DNA of 64,000 nt from Centroscyllium fabricii. Taxonomy: Eukaryota. The notes beneath the pieces were generated by a model that saw only the letters and a program-made list of their open reading frames with translations, searched no databases and was not told the origin of the DNA. The stretch is from NCBI GenBank assembly GCA_051313645.2, contig JBNRSN020000003.1, forward strand, positions 394,630,001 through 394,694,000. Reading direction: 5' to 3'. Position numbers and translations under genes: made by a program. This document shows positions 12,310 to 25,362 of this stretch, one piece after another (the stretch's first letter is position 1; every line of letters starts with the position of its first letter).

Positions 12310-13260
12310 TGTTCACGTGCTTGTATCACCATCTGAAGAAGAGCAGGAGTTCTCCCAATATAACTGGCAATATTCCTCCCTTAACCAACACCACCAAAAC
12401 TAGATCAGCTATCTATTTATTTATCTCAATGCTATTTGTGGGCTCTTGCTGTGTGCTAAGTGGCTGCTGCATTTGTCTATACAGGTTGAGCACCGGTAAT
12501 CCGGCACCCTCGGGACCAGGCCAGTGCCGGACCATTTAAAATTCCGAACCACTGAAGGTTGAAGAAGGGATCGAAAACTTACTGATTAGCAGAGTTATCT
12601 TGTACTTCAGAGTGAGGGAACGGCAGAGATAATTGATGGGGCTGAATTTGTGGTCAGAGGCTTCTCGCTGGGAAATGCCACCAATCAACAAATAAATTGC
12701 CCGCCTACCTGGTGGACCAGGAGGTACGGAGATTGGCGGTCCTGGGACTCTCCGGGTGCTGGGGGGTAGAGGCCCACATATCCCGGGGTGCAGGCAGTTC
12801 GCGAGCATCCCTGGGATCACGTGGGCCGGCCTAACAAATGAGAGAAGGGAATCCCCATTCATTCTTATCGGTATTCCGTGTGTATGGAAATCCCATAAGT
12901 GTGAATTGGAAGACCCCAGAAAATACACCTAGACATCAAATAAATAAAAATAATCACATATTTTAAATTAATTAAAATGGCATTTAATTAAATATTTAAA
13001 ACAAAAATTTAATTTTTTGAAAAAGAAATGTGCATGCTTTACAGCGGGAAACGGTGGCGCCGCCGAGCAGCTGCTCCGCAAACTGAAGACCGCCGGTTTC
13101 ATTTCATGCCGAACCACAGAAGGTGCCGGATTACCGGGTGCTGATTACCGGTGCTCAACCTGTTTAACAGTCACTGCACTTCAAAGTAATTTGTCGTATG
13201 CAAAATGCTTTGGGATGTTTCTGAGAAATATGGTAACACATTTTATGAATGCAAGTTTTT
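12310..13260 (+). mobile_element. Deu-SINE remnant split by a MITE at 12482-13162
   Basis: 12310-12481 and 13163-13260 resemble the reverse complement of 10575-10830. Confidence 0.55.
12482..13162. mobile_element. pogo/Tigger-type MITE
   Basis: TA-CAGGTTGAGCACCGGTAATC ... GATTACCGGTGCTCAACCTG. Confidence 0.75.
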
Positions 13261-13453
13261 TTGATATTTGAATAATGTAATTTCAAGAGCAAATGTTGAT
13301 AACTAGAGATATGCTACATAAATGCAAACTGGTGTTTTCTTTGCTTGGACTGCCTTTCAGGATTATGTTCTGAACTTTTATTCCACGGGATGCTTCCTTG
13401 CAAACATAGTGAACATGGCAGGAATTAATCGCCTGGTTTGGCTTGGACAACTG

Positions 13454-14190
13454 GGGGGAGAAATTCGGTTAGTTAGCACTTCTGGGGGGGGGGCAATAAC
13501 AGGGTGCTAACGAGTTACTGCCTGGGCGTGGCAATGTTACCGGCGTCCGCAAAATTCACCTGGCGGCAGCAGTAACCCCTAGCGCCATGCTCTTCTGCGC
13601 CCAGAAATTGTGATGTCATCCGGCTGCGCAGCGCCCCGCACCTGAAATTCGGTTCCGCCCCCCTGCAGCATTGCTGGGCGACAACACCAACAGCTGCAGG
13701 AGACCTTGTTCGGGAGGCCGGGCGCTTCGGGAGCGCTAATTAACGGTAAGCCCACTGGTCTTCAGTAGAAATATGTTTCCTTCCTTTGGGGTGCATTTTG
13801 AACATTTTTAAATGGCGCGATTGATCAGCCCTGCACTCTGTTAGAATGCTTGGGGCTGAATGTTGAGGATCCCGGCTGTCATTGGCGACGAGGGAGATCG
13901 ATCAAATGCAGAGCCTACAGCGATGGCCCTTCCCTTTAAGCGAGGGAAGGAGCCCTCGGACCCCGGCAGCACTGCAGCGGTCATTGTGCACCTGTACTGC
14001 CCACCCCCCACCCCTCCCCCCACTTGGTTTAGTGCTCCAGAAGGAAAGTGGTAGCACTTGATCCAGCGCTCCACTTCCTTCCTGGAGCGCTATCACTGAA
14101 GTTACCGAAAGCTGAGAATGAGTAGTGCCTGGCGTTAATTTTTCCAGCTTTCAAAATTTAGCGCCCTAAACGATACCGAATTTCTCACCC
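13454..14190. mobile_element. Harbinger-type MITE (GC-rich)
   Basis: TIR GGGGGAGAAATTCGGT / ACCGAATTTCTCACCC; 3-bp TSD CTG. Confidence 0.75.
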
Positions 14191-14599
14191 CTGATGTTTT
14201 ATTTTCTGTCCGATGGGAGAATGGTGGAGTAAATTATATCTGAAAAATTAATTAATTTTATTCAGTTATGCTTTTCTAGTTGTGTATGTGTTTAATGCGT
14301 TTAACTATGGCATTTGCTCCGTACGTTCTCTGTGCTGGTTGTGGATGTGCCCATTAAGTGCTCCCTAGCTGAGGGGGCAGCACTGTTGGATGGCTACACT
14401 GCCACCTGCTGATCTCCAAACCTACCTGTGTCTGGCAGACCTGCATCAGTGACGAGTGGCCTCCTTTACTGTAGTCATTGTGGGCTCATTCTTTTCAGAG
14501 ACAGGACAGCTGGTTGACTGTCTCTGGACTTCTTCATGGACCAGGTGGCAAATCCCCATCACAGCCCTCCTGGGCCTCCTCATGCAATGTTGCCCCCCA

Positions 14600-15572
14600 A
14601 TGCCCAAATGTCCTCTGGGTGGGGGACTTCAATGTCCATCACCAAGCGTGGATCGGTAGCACCACAACTGACCGAGCTGGCCGAGTCCGAAAGGACATAG
14701 CTGCCAGACTGGGTCTGCGACAGGTGGTGAGGGAACCAACAAGAGGGAAAAACCTACTTGATCTCATCCTCACCAATCTACCTGTTGCAGATGCATCTGT
14801 CCATGACAGCATTGGTGGAAGTGACCACCGCACAGTCCTTGTGGAGACGAAGTCCCGTCTTCATTTTGAGGATACCCTCCGCCATGTTGTGTGGCACTAC
14901 CACCGTGCTAAATGGGACAGATTTCGAACACATCTGGCAACTCAAAACTGGGCATCCATGAGGTGCTGTTGGCCATCAGCAGCAGCAGAATGGTATTCAA
15001 CCACAATCTGTAACCTCATGGCCCGGCATATCCCTCACTCTACCATTACCATCAAGCCGGGAGATCAACCCTGGTTTAACGAAGAGTGCAGGAGAGCATG
15101 CCGGGAACAGCACCAGGCATACCGAAAAATGAGGTGTCAACCTGGTGAGGCTACAACACAGGACTACTTGCATGCCAAACAACAGAAGCAACATGCGATA
15201 GACAGAGCTAAGCGATCTCACAACCATCGGATCAAATCAAAGCTCTGCAGTCTTGCCACATCCAGTCGTGAGTGGTGGTGGACAATTAGGACAAGGGCAG
15301 CAGACGCATGGGAACAGCACCACCTACAAGTTCGCCTCCAAGCCACACACCATCCTGACTTGGACCTGTATCGCCGCCCCTTCACTGTCGCTGGGCCAAA
15401 ATCCTGGAACTCCCTTCCTAACAACATTGTGGGTGTACCTACACCATATAGACTGCAGCGGTTCAAGAAGGCGGCTCACCACCATCTTCTCAAGGGCAAT
15501 TAGGGATGGGCACTAAATACAGGCCTAGCGAGCCAGCGACGCCCACATCCCATCAATGGATAAAAATAAAAA
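14600..15572 (+). mobile_element. CR1-group LINE with internal deletion: AP-endonuclease region joined to the 3' end, RT core missing
   Basis: VGDFNVHH, RGKNLLDLILTN and GSDH motifs in ORF 14478..15503; junction near 15290; tail 'gccagcgacgcccacatccc' plus A-rich end. Confidence 0.8.
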
Positions 15573-15917
15573 TAGAAAGAAGTTAGTTCCATGAACCATG
15601 TGCTCCAAGTGTGAAGCCATGCTCTAAGGGGCATAGGTATGAGATTTTTTTGCAGTTTTCTCCATTCCTGGAGTAGAATCTATTGTGGGTCATGCGCCTT
15701 CTAGGGCCTTGTGAAAATGAAAATCAGGAGTGATGTAAAACAGTCTGCCGACTCACTATCACCCATTTTACACTATGGTACAAGGTCAAGATCTATCCCA
15801 AGGAATGGAAGTCAGAGAATCGGGACATGCAATGTTGTAGCCCTACCTCCTACCTTTGTCCCTTAGAGCATTGCTTTGCACTTGGAGCACAGGGGTCATG
15901 GAACTAACTTCTTTCTA
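15573..15917. repeat. Small foldback/MITE-like element with ~65-bp imperfect inverted arms
   Basis: TAGAAAGAAGTTAGTTCCATGA... versus ...TCATGGAACTAACTTCTTTCTA. Confidence 0.7.
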
Positions 15918-15955
15918 CCAGTAGCATGAAATAATGTAATTGGAGAAGAGTATAT

Positions 15956-16722
15956 GGCCCGGAATTTGTGACTGTAATGATGGTGAAACTGTCAGCGTTC
16001 ACTGACATTACTGTATAAAACTGACAGCAACTTCTGGCGTCGCACATGTGCAGTTAAATGGGGAAATCCATAAGTTGCTGTCAGTGATACCCTGCTCCTC
16101 CACAGGGTGCGCTGTTGCAGTCTTTGCAGATGCAATCAACACAGAATCAGTGATTTGACATGAACTTGAACTTTTTACCCACTACTCTCACTGTAAAAAC
16201 CATTGAAAAGGTTGAGTCTTGTTGAATGAGGTGTAGCTGAGTTTTTAATGGTGTACAGTCATAATTACTGCTGAACACCCTCTTTGAAAAAACTAATTTT
16301 AAAAGCGTCATTGAACTCATTCCATGCTAAAAATTCCATAGATTTTTAAAATATTAAAAATAAATTTTAATTTTATTTTCTTAAAGTTTGTTTATGATAT
16401 TTCAGCTTCTACATTAATCCCATGTGTATGTCCCAATCTTTATTTTGCTCTCTGTAAAATGATTAAAAAATGAATGATAATCAGTGCTTTTTACTTCCTG
16501 GTTTGCTGTCTGTGATAATTCTTTATTCTGATTGGCTGCTCTGTCTGTCTGGTGACTTCACTGTTCCTGGATGCCACAGATCCCTATACATGATGCCATA
16601 TTGAAACTGACAATGGAATAGGGGAAATCGACATCACAGTGCCCGCTAGATTTTTGTGAGCAGCTTTCTTCGAGGTTAACGGTGAGCGGCATCCCTTCAT
16701 CGCTGACAGCAAAATATGGGCC
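15956..16722. mobile_element. Harbinger-type MITE, old
   Basis: GGCCCGGAATTT ... AAAATATGGGCC termini; TSD TAT. Confidence 0.65.
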
Positions 16723-18995
16723 TATATTTTTTTAATTGCCTAATGGTGAATAACAGATTCAAACTATTCCAGTGAGGGTTTAGACAGCAAATTTGCAACA
16801 GTGCCAATTGGTGGTGAATGTTTGATCCAGGGTGTGTAACATTTTGAATGTCCACTTGAAAAAAGTGTACTCTGCTTAATTATAAATAGTTTTATACTTC
16901 ACAATTGATTTACAAACCAGCCCATCACTCCCCTGAAAGACACTGTACTGGAAATACTGAATGTATGACTAAAATGTGGATGGTTGACAACTATGAGTTG
17001 GTTAAATCAGAAAGCAAGAGAGGACTAAACTGTTCTTGTGCTCCTGCTCCTCCTGGCCTCACTTAACTTGAATGGCCTCTTCTTGATCCAATCCTCTTCT
17101 GACTTGAGTTCACCTGGCAGGGAAGCCACAGCGGCTTCCCCACTCAGGTCGAACCTGAATAGCGGTCGTGGCTCAATGATATCATCTGACCCCGATCAGC
17201 ATGTTTAAAGCCGGGCCCCGCCAGGCGGGTAGAGATAAAATCAACTCTGTGATTTATAACAGCAACTGCCAATGTCAACTGGTCATGTTGTACATACACA
17301 CTCCCACCATTGGTGGTGCTGTCAGACTTCAGTTTTGCAAATCTCAGCTCCTCAGCCAGCAGAGAAACTGCTATTCTGCAACCAGCTTTACTTCTCTGCT
17401 TCCCAAATGATGGTGTTTCAATTCACTATGAATAATAATCATATAATAATAAGGTATGATATAAAAATAAGGACAGAATGCAAGACTTTAAACTGAGTCT
17501 GCATTAGATCTGCAGTCCCTAATCTAATTATCCTTCATCCTTTACCTCTGCTTCACCCGAAGTGGAGACTTGATCGCGATTCTACGTGTGCAATACCACA
17601 CTTTGACTTGCACCAAATCAAAATGTTGCTTGAATTGTTGGGGTTGGTCTGAATCATGTAATACTATCTGCGCAGAAATATCAGCTCATGCCTTGGAGAT
17701 ATTATGATAAACTCGCTAGTACTGAAAAACAATAGTGGCTGCAGCTTAACAATATGTCAGGTCATTGTTGATCATATTACTGATTGAAAAGGCTATGTCA
17801 TCCTGCCGGGAAGGGGGAAATGGTAAAATAATTGTGGTTGCAGCTTGAAAAGGTCAAAGCATTTTACTAATAGTTGGAACTGTTCTATTAGACAGCCAAA
17901 GTCTTTTCAAAAGCTATAGTCATACATAACCTATATAAACAACACATTGTTTGTGGTCTCTTGGGAGACATTTGATTGAAAATATCAGGGGAGGTTGCAG
18001 TGTTGGATACAGTTGAGTGGAGTTCTTTTTTCAAGTGTGGGAATTTTGAACTCCCAAGCCAAAAATTCATGATAAATCAACTGCCTTAAAATCAACAAAA
18101 TAATATAATCCAACTAATAATCTAAGTTTCCACTTCACTCCCACTCTGATCTCTCTGTCCTTGTCCTATTACATTGTTCCTCGGAAGCTCAGCGTAAACT
18201 CGAGGAACAACACCTCATCTTCTGAAAAGGCACTTTACAGCCCTTCGGACTCAATATCGAGTTCAACAATTTCAGATCATAACTTCGGCCCCCATTATAT
18301 TTTTATCTATTTTTATCCACGACTTTTATTTGGCCTCCCTTCTCTTTTTTTTCTCTTTACCATATGGCAGCCGCCTCCCATTCTGCCAGTGCGTTTCACA
18401 ACTTATCTATAGCTGTATTCTGTCCCCAGCCCCATTACCATCTCGTCTCATTTTGAATACCTCTTAATGTCTTTTCTCTTTTGTTTTCTCTTCCCTTTTG
18501 TTCTCTCCCAGCTCCCCTGGCCTTCTCATCGGTTAGGCACTCTACAGCCCTCTGGACTAAACATAGAGTTCAACAATTTTAGATCATAACCTCGGCCCCA
18601 ACCACACTTTTTTACGAACACCGTTTATCCGGTAACCTAAAAGCCGGCAACTTCAGTCGTCCGGCATAAGTTGCCCCGACTGCTATGTGCATGCACAAAA
18701 TGGCTGCCGCGATCGATGCTTCGGCGAATGATCTGCGCATGCACCGCTGAATGGCGAGCGCATGCGCAGATCATTTAAAATGGCCACCAGAAGTTTTGAA
18801 TGATCTGCGCATGCGCCGCCGAATGGCGAGCGCATGCGCAGACCATTCAAAATTTCCCGTGGCCATTTTGCATGATCTGCGCATGCGCTCGCCATTCGGC
18901 GGCGCATGCGCAGATCATTTAAAACTTTGCGGCGGCCATTTCCAATGGTAAGGATCTGCCGCTCGCTCTGGCCTCACTCCCTTCGGTTCTCTCGT

Positions 18996-19963
18996 TGTAA
19001 CGTTTGGGTGTGGGGCCCAAATGCGAGACACTGAGATAACAGTCTAGAGCCCAAAACTCCTTTATTTTATATAAAATGCAGAAACATAACTAAATACATC
19101 CATACATACAAATAATATACATATAAAACAAGTCTTCCTCTGAAAACTGGAACAAGCTTAATACTGAACTGAACCCTCAGGACACTCGGCAAAGAGCATC
19201 CTCATAACAGAAAGGGCCTCATTGTAGTAAGAATGAAATGTCCAAAACTGAGTTCAGGTGATTTAGAGCAATGTACAACTGAACCCCCAGGACACTCAAC
19301 AAAGAGCATCCTCATAACAGAAAGGGCCTCATTGTAGTAAGAATGAAATGTCCCATCCTGAGTTCAGGTGATAGAGAGCAATGTCCAGAATGTAGAAATG
19401 GAATTCTCCAGAGTCCTGCCCATCACAGGGACTCACTCCAACCTGGGTCTTCAGAAAGAGAATCCATTATCCACAAGCAGGGGAACGCCCCACATACACT
19501 TGCCTCCACGGAGCTACTGAGTTGAGGTGATAGAGAGCAAAGTCCAGAATGTAGAAATGGAATGTCCAAACCTGAGTTCAGGTGATAGAGAGCAATGTCC
19601 AGTGTGTAGAATTAGGAATTCTCCAGAATCCGCTCCACAGCGGGGACTCACTCTCACTGAGTTTTCTGAAGGAGAGTCCATCATCCATAAGCACACTGCC
19701 TCCCACGGAGCTAGAGCAGCACCTCTGTGTGTCCTAGTTGTTGCTAAGTTGTTGCTAATGATCCGGCAATATCCTCTTGCTAACCCAATGCTTAAATACT
19801 TATCAAGCTAATGAGTAATTAGCTCAGTCCCCTTAATGCATAAAACAATCAACGAGGTACAAACAGGTGTATTGCACTCGTAAACGAGGTATTTTCAATG
19901 CTTAAAGGGAAAGGCACCAGAATTTAAAGGGGAATTCCTTAAAGAGGAATCCACCCTGTGACA
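18996..19963 (-). mobile_element. Solo LTR (968 bp) with internal tandem duplications
   Basis: TGTAACG...GTGACA; 5-bp TSD CTCGT; ends shared with 29661-30158. Confidence 0.85.
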
Positions 19964-20138
19964 CTCGTGCTGTTAGTGATGTGCTGGGCCTGCAGCCTGG
20001 GCCTCGATTTATGGTTATGTGCCGGGGTGGGGTGGGGGGAGAGTCCCATTCTGTCTGCCTGGTGAACCGAGCCGAGGGATCTTTGCACGGCGGGTTCTGG
20101 GCTGCGGGTTGTTTTGTCCCCACTAACCGGGTGATGTG

Positions 20139-20393
20139 TGTGGTAAACCACGTATATATATCTGTGTGTAACTATATTGTACATAGTTATTTGTATGTTG
20201 CTACCTGGGCATGCCCATGCTAGCCCCGCCTGTGACTCCTCCTCCCCAGGACCAGGTACATAAGCGACCGTCTCCCTTCCCCTAGTCATTCTGGGAACGG
20301 TCGACTAGCTGGTGCATGCCTACCTTTTAGCTAATAAAAGCCTATTGTTTCACCTCGTAATATCTCGTCTCCGAGGTCGTTAATTCGGTAACA
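20139..20393 (+). mobile_element. Solo LTR of the PBS-less Gypsy lineage
   Basis: TGTGGT...TAACA; TSD ATGTG; similar to LTR 36302-36579. Confidence 0.9.
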
Positions 20394-21791
20394 ATGTGAG
20401 TTCTGGCTTTGTTTTTTGAATTGGTGCAGCAGCTGCCATTTACCATAATGTATGGACTCGGGCTGCAGCTACATTGCAGGTGATCATAACGTCCGGCGGC
20501 CATTTCCAATGTTGTGCGCATGCGCGCGGCCATTTTGAATGGTGCGCGCATGCGCACTGGCCGGCTTCATTCTTCCATTTTTTTCGCTATAGCGGCGCGG
20601 GCCTAGTCCCGCCCGTGCCGGTATAACGGTGTTCAACCTGTATATATTTTCTCTCTTTTTTCAATCCACACTTTCGTCTGGGCTTTTTTCTTTTTTCATG
20701 TTTTATTTACCCTGCTAAAGCTGTTCACACCTATCCCGAGCCATCCTGTGTTCCTTCAATTTCTCTGAATATCTCTTACCTCCAGCCTGTCACTGATCTT
20801 TCCTTTGTTCTTTCAGCCCCCCCCCCCTTTCCCCAGCCCCCACAAGCTTTAAAATCTATCGCCCCTCCCAGCTTCTCCAGTTTTGAAGAAAGTTCATCAA
20901 CCTGAAATGTCAACTCTGTTTCTCTCTCCAACGATGCGGCTGGGCCTGCTGAGTTTCTCCAGCGTTTTCTGTTGTTATTTCAGATTTCCAGCATCTGCAG
21001 TATTTTGCTATCGCACCTGTTTCATTCTCTGGCTTTAGTCTTGACAAAGGGTCCTAACCCCAAACGTCGACTCTATATTTCTCCCTTCACGGATGTTGCC
21101 TGGCCTGCTGAGTTTTTCCAGCATTTTCTGTTGTTATTTTTATTAATAATCTAAGTCGTTGGAATTGGATGGATCAAAAGTGGAATAATGTAACTGAACT
21201 ACAAGCAATAATCTCTTGATTTACTGGCTCTTACCAAGCACATGGCAAGTACCAGACTGTTTATGTTCCATGCATAATGGAGAAAAAAATAGCTCTTTGT
21301 TCAAAAGTAATCGGTATCATTAACACAAGCCTGCAGTTCCAAACAAGGCGTGCCAGTCGTGGATTTATTTATGAAGTAAAAAATGCGACTAAAAAAAAAA
21401 GCTTTTGTTTGTTTTCCATTAACTTTAGGGGGTGCTTTTGCAGTGGCTGTCTGGGACAAAAGGTTGTTCGGTCACCCTTGTGAGTTTACGCCGTAGGAGT
21501 AGCCCCTGTGTGTTGAGTGAGACATTGTGAAGTGTACAATGTTACACAAGCTCTGGCATGGGAAATCGGAATGATCAGAGTAATTGCACAAGTGCCTTTA
21601 TCTATCTCCGTTTGGTGATCTTGCCAGCCCTGGTGATAGCGGTAACATTTGTGTTGCAGACATACTCACAGAGCACCATTGTAACACTTCCCTCCGTTAT
21701 TTTGAACTGACGGCCAAAATGTCTGCTTCTCCTCTGCAGGCAATAATGTGGTAAGATGGAATTTCCAAACTTCAAGTAAATAGTTTATAAT

Positions 21792-22562
21792 GGGCCAGAA
21801 ATTAGGGTCCCAACGTGTGAGTACGGACGGGGAACTCATGCGTGGGCCCATCGGAATTGCCGGTTTCTGGCATGCACCGCGCAAGTGTGCGAAACCGGCA
21901 CTTCCGATCCCCTGAAAGAAGGGGTCAGGGGTCGGAATGCGTGTGCGGCAGCGGGTGCGCAATGCACTTCCAATTTTTTTACAGGTTTTTATCAGTGTAC
22001 GCATTTGAAAAAGTTACGGCTGATATTTTCAAGCGCAAAGAGTGGATTTCAGCAGGTAAGTCTTTATTTAATTCAATGTAAACATTTTTTTCCACAGGTT
22101 TTTCATTTTTAAATACTTTAAAGAAAGGTAAGTTGATTTTTAGCTCCGTTAAATATTTTAAATATTTTTTTCAACATTTTTAATTTTTGTTTAAAATAGC
22201 TAATTTGTGTAATTAATAGTTATTTAAAAAAATGTGATTTAAAAAATTATATATATTTTAAGATGTACTGAGGTTTTGGGGCTGTAGTATTCATAGGTTT
22301 GACAGGTCTTCCTGTCAAACTTATGAATGGAGCATTCTGTGCTCCGATTGGCTTTCCGCGGCCCATGTGATCGCGCGCGATATCTCGCGCGATATCTCGC
22401 ACTAACTGCGACACTCAGATGCAGCAGCACAGCGCGCCGGCACTTCAGGAGGGCCCTGCATCGGAATTCCATGCGGGTGGAATGGAGAACGGCTGGCGCG
22501 GTGCGTACGTGTGGGTTGGGGGCTTGCACTCGCGGGAAGCCTCCAACCCGAATTTCTGGCCC
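21792..22562. mobile_element. Harbinger-type MITE (family also at 35632 and 44213, opposite orientation)
   Basis: Perfect 12-bp TIR GGGCCAGAAATT; TSD AAT. Confidence 0.85.
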
Positions 22563-23410
22563 AATAACTTAATTTTACAATGAGCAGTATGTTGAGTAAA
22601 TGCTTTGCAACCGTGAAACGGCAGAACAGTATGTAAGCCTTGCTTCCATCCTATTGGATTATATAACAGATCATTGTACAAAACAAGACCTACAAGCCAA
22701 CGGCACTTAATACTTGTTGACTGACATGGGCAGGAACACAATGAGAATGAATCCTTTGACATGACAAGTATCCACTCGATGATCAGATAAATAGTAAGAG
22801 AGAACTGTCATATGTTTTAGCTTTTTGTATCTTTGATGCCATTTTAAATAACAATGCTGCACTAGGATAGGATAAAACGCTTTCTCCCTGAATGATTTCC
22901 TTTCTTCCATTCATCTTTTGTGCGCAAGCCCAGGGGCAGGGGACGTCGTGTTCCAGATGTACTGTTAGGATTACAGTACTGATTGAAGCACTCATGGGGG
23001 ATTTGGATTGAAAGATAACGTAAACAAAAAGAAAAAAATGAAGAGAAAAGGAGTGACATGGATCAGGACTCCACAGGGAGACAGGGCAGGGTGACTGTGT
23101 CCTACACAAGGAAGAGAACAAATTAAATGTGGGTTATCTATATTAACTAAGGACAAGAAAATATATTAATTTGTAATGAGATAAGCTGAAGGAAATGGTA
23201 GACATTTATTCAAAATATCTACCGATCTTGATTTTTATTTTAAAAAGAGGTCATTTTGATCCATTACATCATGTAGCAAATTATCTTTCGGTTCATTTCA
23301 AGAGTAAAGTTCAGATATCCCTGAAAAACAAGAAACATGACATTTGGATTTACTTGACTCAGATTTGGGAGGTCACGTGTTGATGAAAGTTATGAAATCC
23401 ACTCACAATG

Positions 23411-23761
23411 CAGGTCCGCAACCCCTTATCCGCAATTCCGAAATTCGAAAAGCTCTGAAAACCGAAAGTTTTTTCGTGGAGCATCACTCGTGTGAACGAC
23501 ATGACCCGAGTTGCGCCAAACATGACCCGACGCGGCCGGCGCTTGACCCACGCAGGTGTGAGGCGTCAGTTGTGTCTCAGCACTGCTACCAGCCACACGT
23601 GTTTCTGTTGCTCTCTGATATTTTTTGTGATTTTGAGTTTAATTTCACTGTGAAAATGTCAAAAAGAGCTGCAGATACCCCTGCCGTTCAGAAATCTGAA
23701 AAACTCCGAATTCCGAAACACATCTGGCCCCAAGGGTTTCGGATAAGGGGTTGTGGACCTG
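23411..23761. mobile_element. pogo/Tigger-type MITE
   Basis: TIR CAGGTCCGCAACCCCTTATCCG / CGGATAAGGGGTTGTGGACCTG-TA. Confidence 0.8.
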
Positions 23762-24249
23762 TAAAACAAACTTCAGTATTACAAAACTCAGAAATCTCAC
23801 ATTTCGCTGTTTCTTTAGTCAGAGCTGCAATTCCATTCTAGTCAATTGTGGAAATTAAGTTTTATTGAGATGAACCTCTGATACCTTATTGGTCTCATGA
23901 GTTTATAGTGACATAGTTTGTCTAAAGAGTGTCATATCCTCCCCCTTATCTCTGTATTTAACTTTTAAAGCATATGGAAGCATTTTGCGCTCACTGGACC
24001 CCTGCCTGTTGTGCAGTCCACTAGATATTCTTCCTGACTTTCTGCACCAACCTAAAGTGCTCTCATTGTGCACAAGCATCACTTAAATATCAAAACTACT
24101 GTTAATTAGATAGAGATCAGTGTAGGTGCGATTCCTCGATTTTCTCATGGCCATTGCACTGTACACTCAGATCACTTATATGAAATCAAAATCAGGCACT
24201 TTCTGGGTCAACTGTCAGAGTTTAAAGGTTATTTGGAGCTATATAAATC

Positions 24250-24703
24250 TTGCACTGTTCCACGGAAGCTCAGCGTAAGCTCGAGGAACAGCACCTCATC
24301 TTTCGATTAGGCACATTACAGCCCTCTGGACACAACATAGAGTTCAACAATTTCAGATTATAACCTCAGCCCCTATCGCCTAGGTATATATTTTCTTTCT
24401 TTTTTTATCCACAATTTTTGTTTGGCCCCCCTTTCTTTTCCTTCCCTCCCACATGGCAGCTGTCCTTCATTCTGCCCCTACAATTCACACCCTAGAGCCG
24501 TCCTTTGTGCCTTAACCTGTCCCATTACCACCTCCTCTCTCCTTGAATATCTCTCAATGTCTCTTAATCTCTCCTGCTTTCCATCCTATCACAGACCTTC
24601 CCTTTTGTTCTTTCATCCCCTCCCCCTTTTCCCAGCCCCTAAACTTGCTTTCCATTTCCTGCTTTTTTCCAGTTCTGACAAAAGGTCATCGACCTGAAAC
24701 GTT
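24250..24703 (+). mobile_element. Penelope 3' fragment (continues at 31100-31205)
   Basis: GIY-YIG C-terminal remnant; 'gacctgaaacGTT | GTTaactctgtttctctctcc' rejoins across the Harbinger. Confidence 0.85.
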
Positions 24704-25053
24704 GGGGGGAATTTTGATGTCCCCGTCAGGCGGGGTTTGGGCGGCCGTGAGGTGAAAATCGGAAAATTTTGGTTCCCGCCCAAGCCCGCCCATTCCCCGG
24801 CGGTTTTGAATTTTTGGACGGCCTTTTTCCACGCCCCGAATCTTTCCCGCCGGCGCCCGCCGGCGATGGTTGTTAAGGTTGTTAAGGGCCCTTAATTGCC
24901 ATCTTTTATGCCATTTTAATGGCCCTTAGCTATTTTCAACTGTTTGGCGCACAAAAGCCGCCAACCTAAACCCCGTCAGGTGAAACCCTTGTGCGAACTC
25001 ACTCGGATTGCTGAGTATCTGTGGCCGGTCCCTCATTGAAGGCTCACATTTAA

Positions 25054-25182
25054 TCATAATGTAGAGGTGCCGGTGTTGGACTGGGGTGGACAAATGCAAG
25101 AAGTCACACAACACCAGATTATAGTCCAACGGTTTTATTTTAAATCACAAGCTTTCGGAGATTTTGCCCCTTCGTCAGGTGA
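25054..25182 (-). mobile_element. Short Penelope-type terminal fragment nested in the Harbinger
   Basis: Minus strand shows CTGACGA...CGAAAGCTT hammerhead-like core, then AATAAA. Confidence 0.5.
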
Positions 25183-25362
25183 ATCAGCCATCATTCGCAT
25201 TCGCACCCACATTGTTGTCTCAGTCCTAGGGATACTTGCAACAGGCTTCAGCACACCTGTGGAAGGTTGCATCCTCAAACACTTCTGCAGTGTGACCTGG
25301 GAAAGCCCACTCACTTCCCCCACTCAGTCAGTGCTTCCTCAGGCGCGGCTGCCAGCACAGCC

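Larger units (their letters stand above)
18616..20640. mobile_element. pogo/Tigger-type MITE (left TIR truncated) containing two solo LTRs
   Basis: GAACACCGTT.. / ..AACGGTGTTCAACCTG-TA; GCGCATGCGC arrays; similar to 43364-43996. Confidence 0.7.
18130..21140 (+). mobile_element. Tandem Penelope 3' fragments hosting a nested MITE and two solo LTRs
   Basis: GIY-YIG C-terminal coding remnants at 18170-18280 and 18530-18600; the 3' UTR resumes at 20641 and matches the reverse complement of 8325-8690. Confidence 0.75.

Noticed and set aside
22783-23121. Minus-strand ORFs after a polypyrimidine tract
   Set aside because: No recognisable protein and no convincing donor
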